Below, piece after piece: positions 63,842 through 64,000 of a DNA stretch of 64,000 nt (positions are counted from its first letter, which is position 1; each line of letters starts with the position of its first letter). Where the stretch lies: NCBI GenBank assembly GCA_038128265.1, contig JAYPJE010000005.1, positions 23,489 through 87,488 on the forward strand. Direction: 5' to 3'. The stretch is from Gemmatimonadota bacterium. GTDB lineage: Bacteria; Latescibacterota; UBA2968; UBA8231. The position numbers and the translations under genes are program-made. Below the pieces are notes generated by a model. The model ran no database searches. It was not told the DNA's origin and worked only from the letters and a program-made list of their open reading frames with translations.

Positions 63842-64000
63842 TTAGTTGCCACCCCACTGGCGACCACCACCCGAACCGCCCCCAGGTCCGCCACCGCCGC
63901 GGAGCGCACGCAGCTGTGCGCGTAGGCTGTCGGGCAGCTCCTTGCCTTCGGCGCGATACTTGGCTATCAGCTCGCGCAAACTGTCGGGCAGCGCACCGCC
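63842..64000 (-). CDS. 3' end of an upstream gene, probably the RND periplasmic adaptor (Gly-rich tail)
   Basis: Open frame GGALPDSLRELIAKYRAEGKELPDSLRAQLRALRGGGGPGGGSGGGRQWGGN-stop abutting the RND start; identity inferred from position only. Confidence 0.5.
   Translation of the reverse strand, partial: GGALPDSLRELIAKYRAEGKELPDSLRAQLRALRGGGGPGGGSGGGRQWGGN

Noticed and set aside
114..63845. Many antisense and alternate-frame ORFs in the track (e.g. 114..695, 10313..11047, 21981..22667, 23382..24083, 30190..30867, 59975..60568)
   Set aside because: They are shadow ORFs of well-supported genes, expected in GC-rich DNA, with no recognisable motifs.
1..64000. Mobile elements, prophage, defence island, rRNA or tRNA genes
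   Set aside because: No transposase, integrase, phage structural, restriction-modification or cas motifs recognised, and no rRNA- or tRNA-like sequence seen in the intergenic gaps.

Overview
A gene-dense, GC-rich (roughly 60%, estimated by eye) bacterial chromosome segment with about 57 CDS. I found no rRNA, tRNA, CRISPR array, transposase, integrase or prophage. Housekeeping genes include comEC, fxsA, yhbY, a class I lysyl-tRNA synthetase, infA, glmM/PMM, zapA, rsmA, rsfS, mtnA, mltD-mreD-mrdA-rodA, a Soj/ParA ATPase, an RpoD-family sigma factor and mazG. Catabolic or accessory enzymes include two molybdo-hydroxylase loci, an Ldh_2 dehydrogenase, a C45 hydrolase, a CehA/McbA metallohydrolase, a CnbZ-like deaminase, and DHDPS-, IMPase- and OCD-family proteins. 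The window also holds several TPR and secreted hypothetical proteins and a TetR gene with two RND transporters. Gene content loosely suggests an uncultured FCB-superphylum organism such as Latescibacterota or Gemmatimonadota; this is inference only. The most interesting signals are non-coding or tiny. (1) A ~120-nt rod-shaped RNA with its own promoter, resembling a short 6S RNA (35387-35506). (2) A ~115-nt three-way-junction RNA with C-rich anti-Shine-Dalgarno-like loops (50971-51086), inside a locus encoding a sigma factor, an orphan ParA and a sensor-less sigma-54 activator, with a perfect 24-bp palindrome. (3) A stand-alone 152-aa gene resembling a flagellin core without D0 domains. (4) A switch-like structured leader upstream of infA. 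All family calls come from motif recognition and all RNA folds were paired by eye; no searches or folding programs were run.
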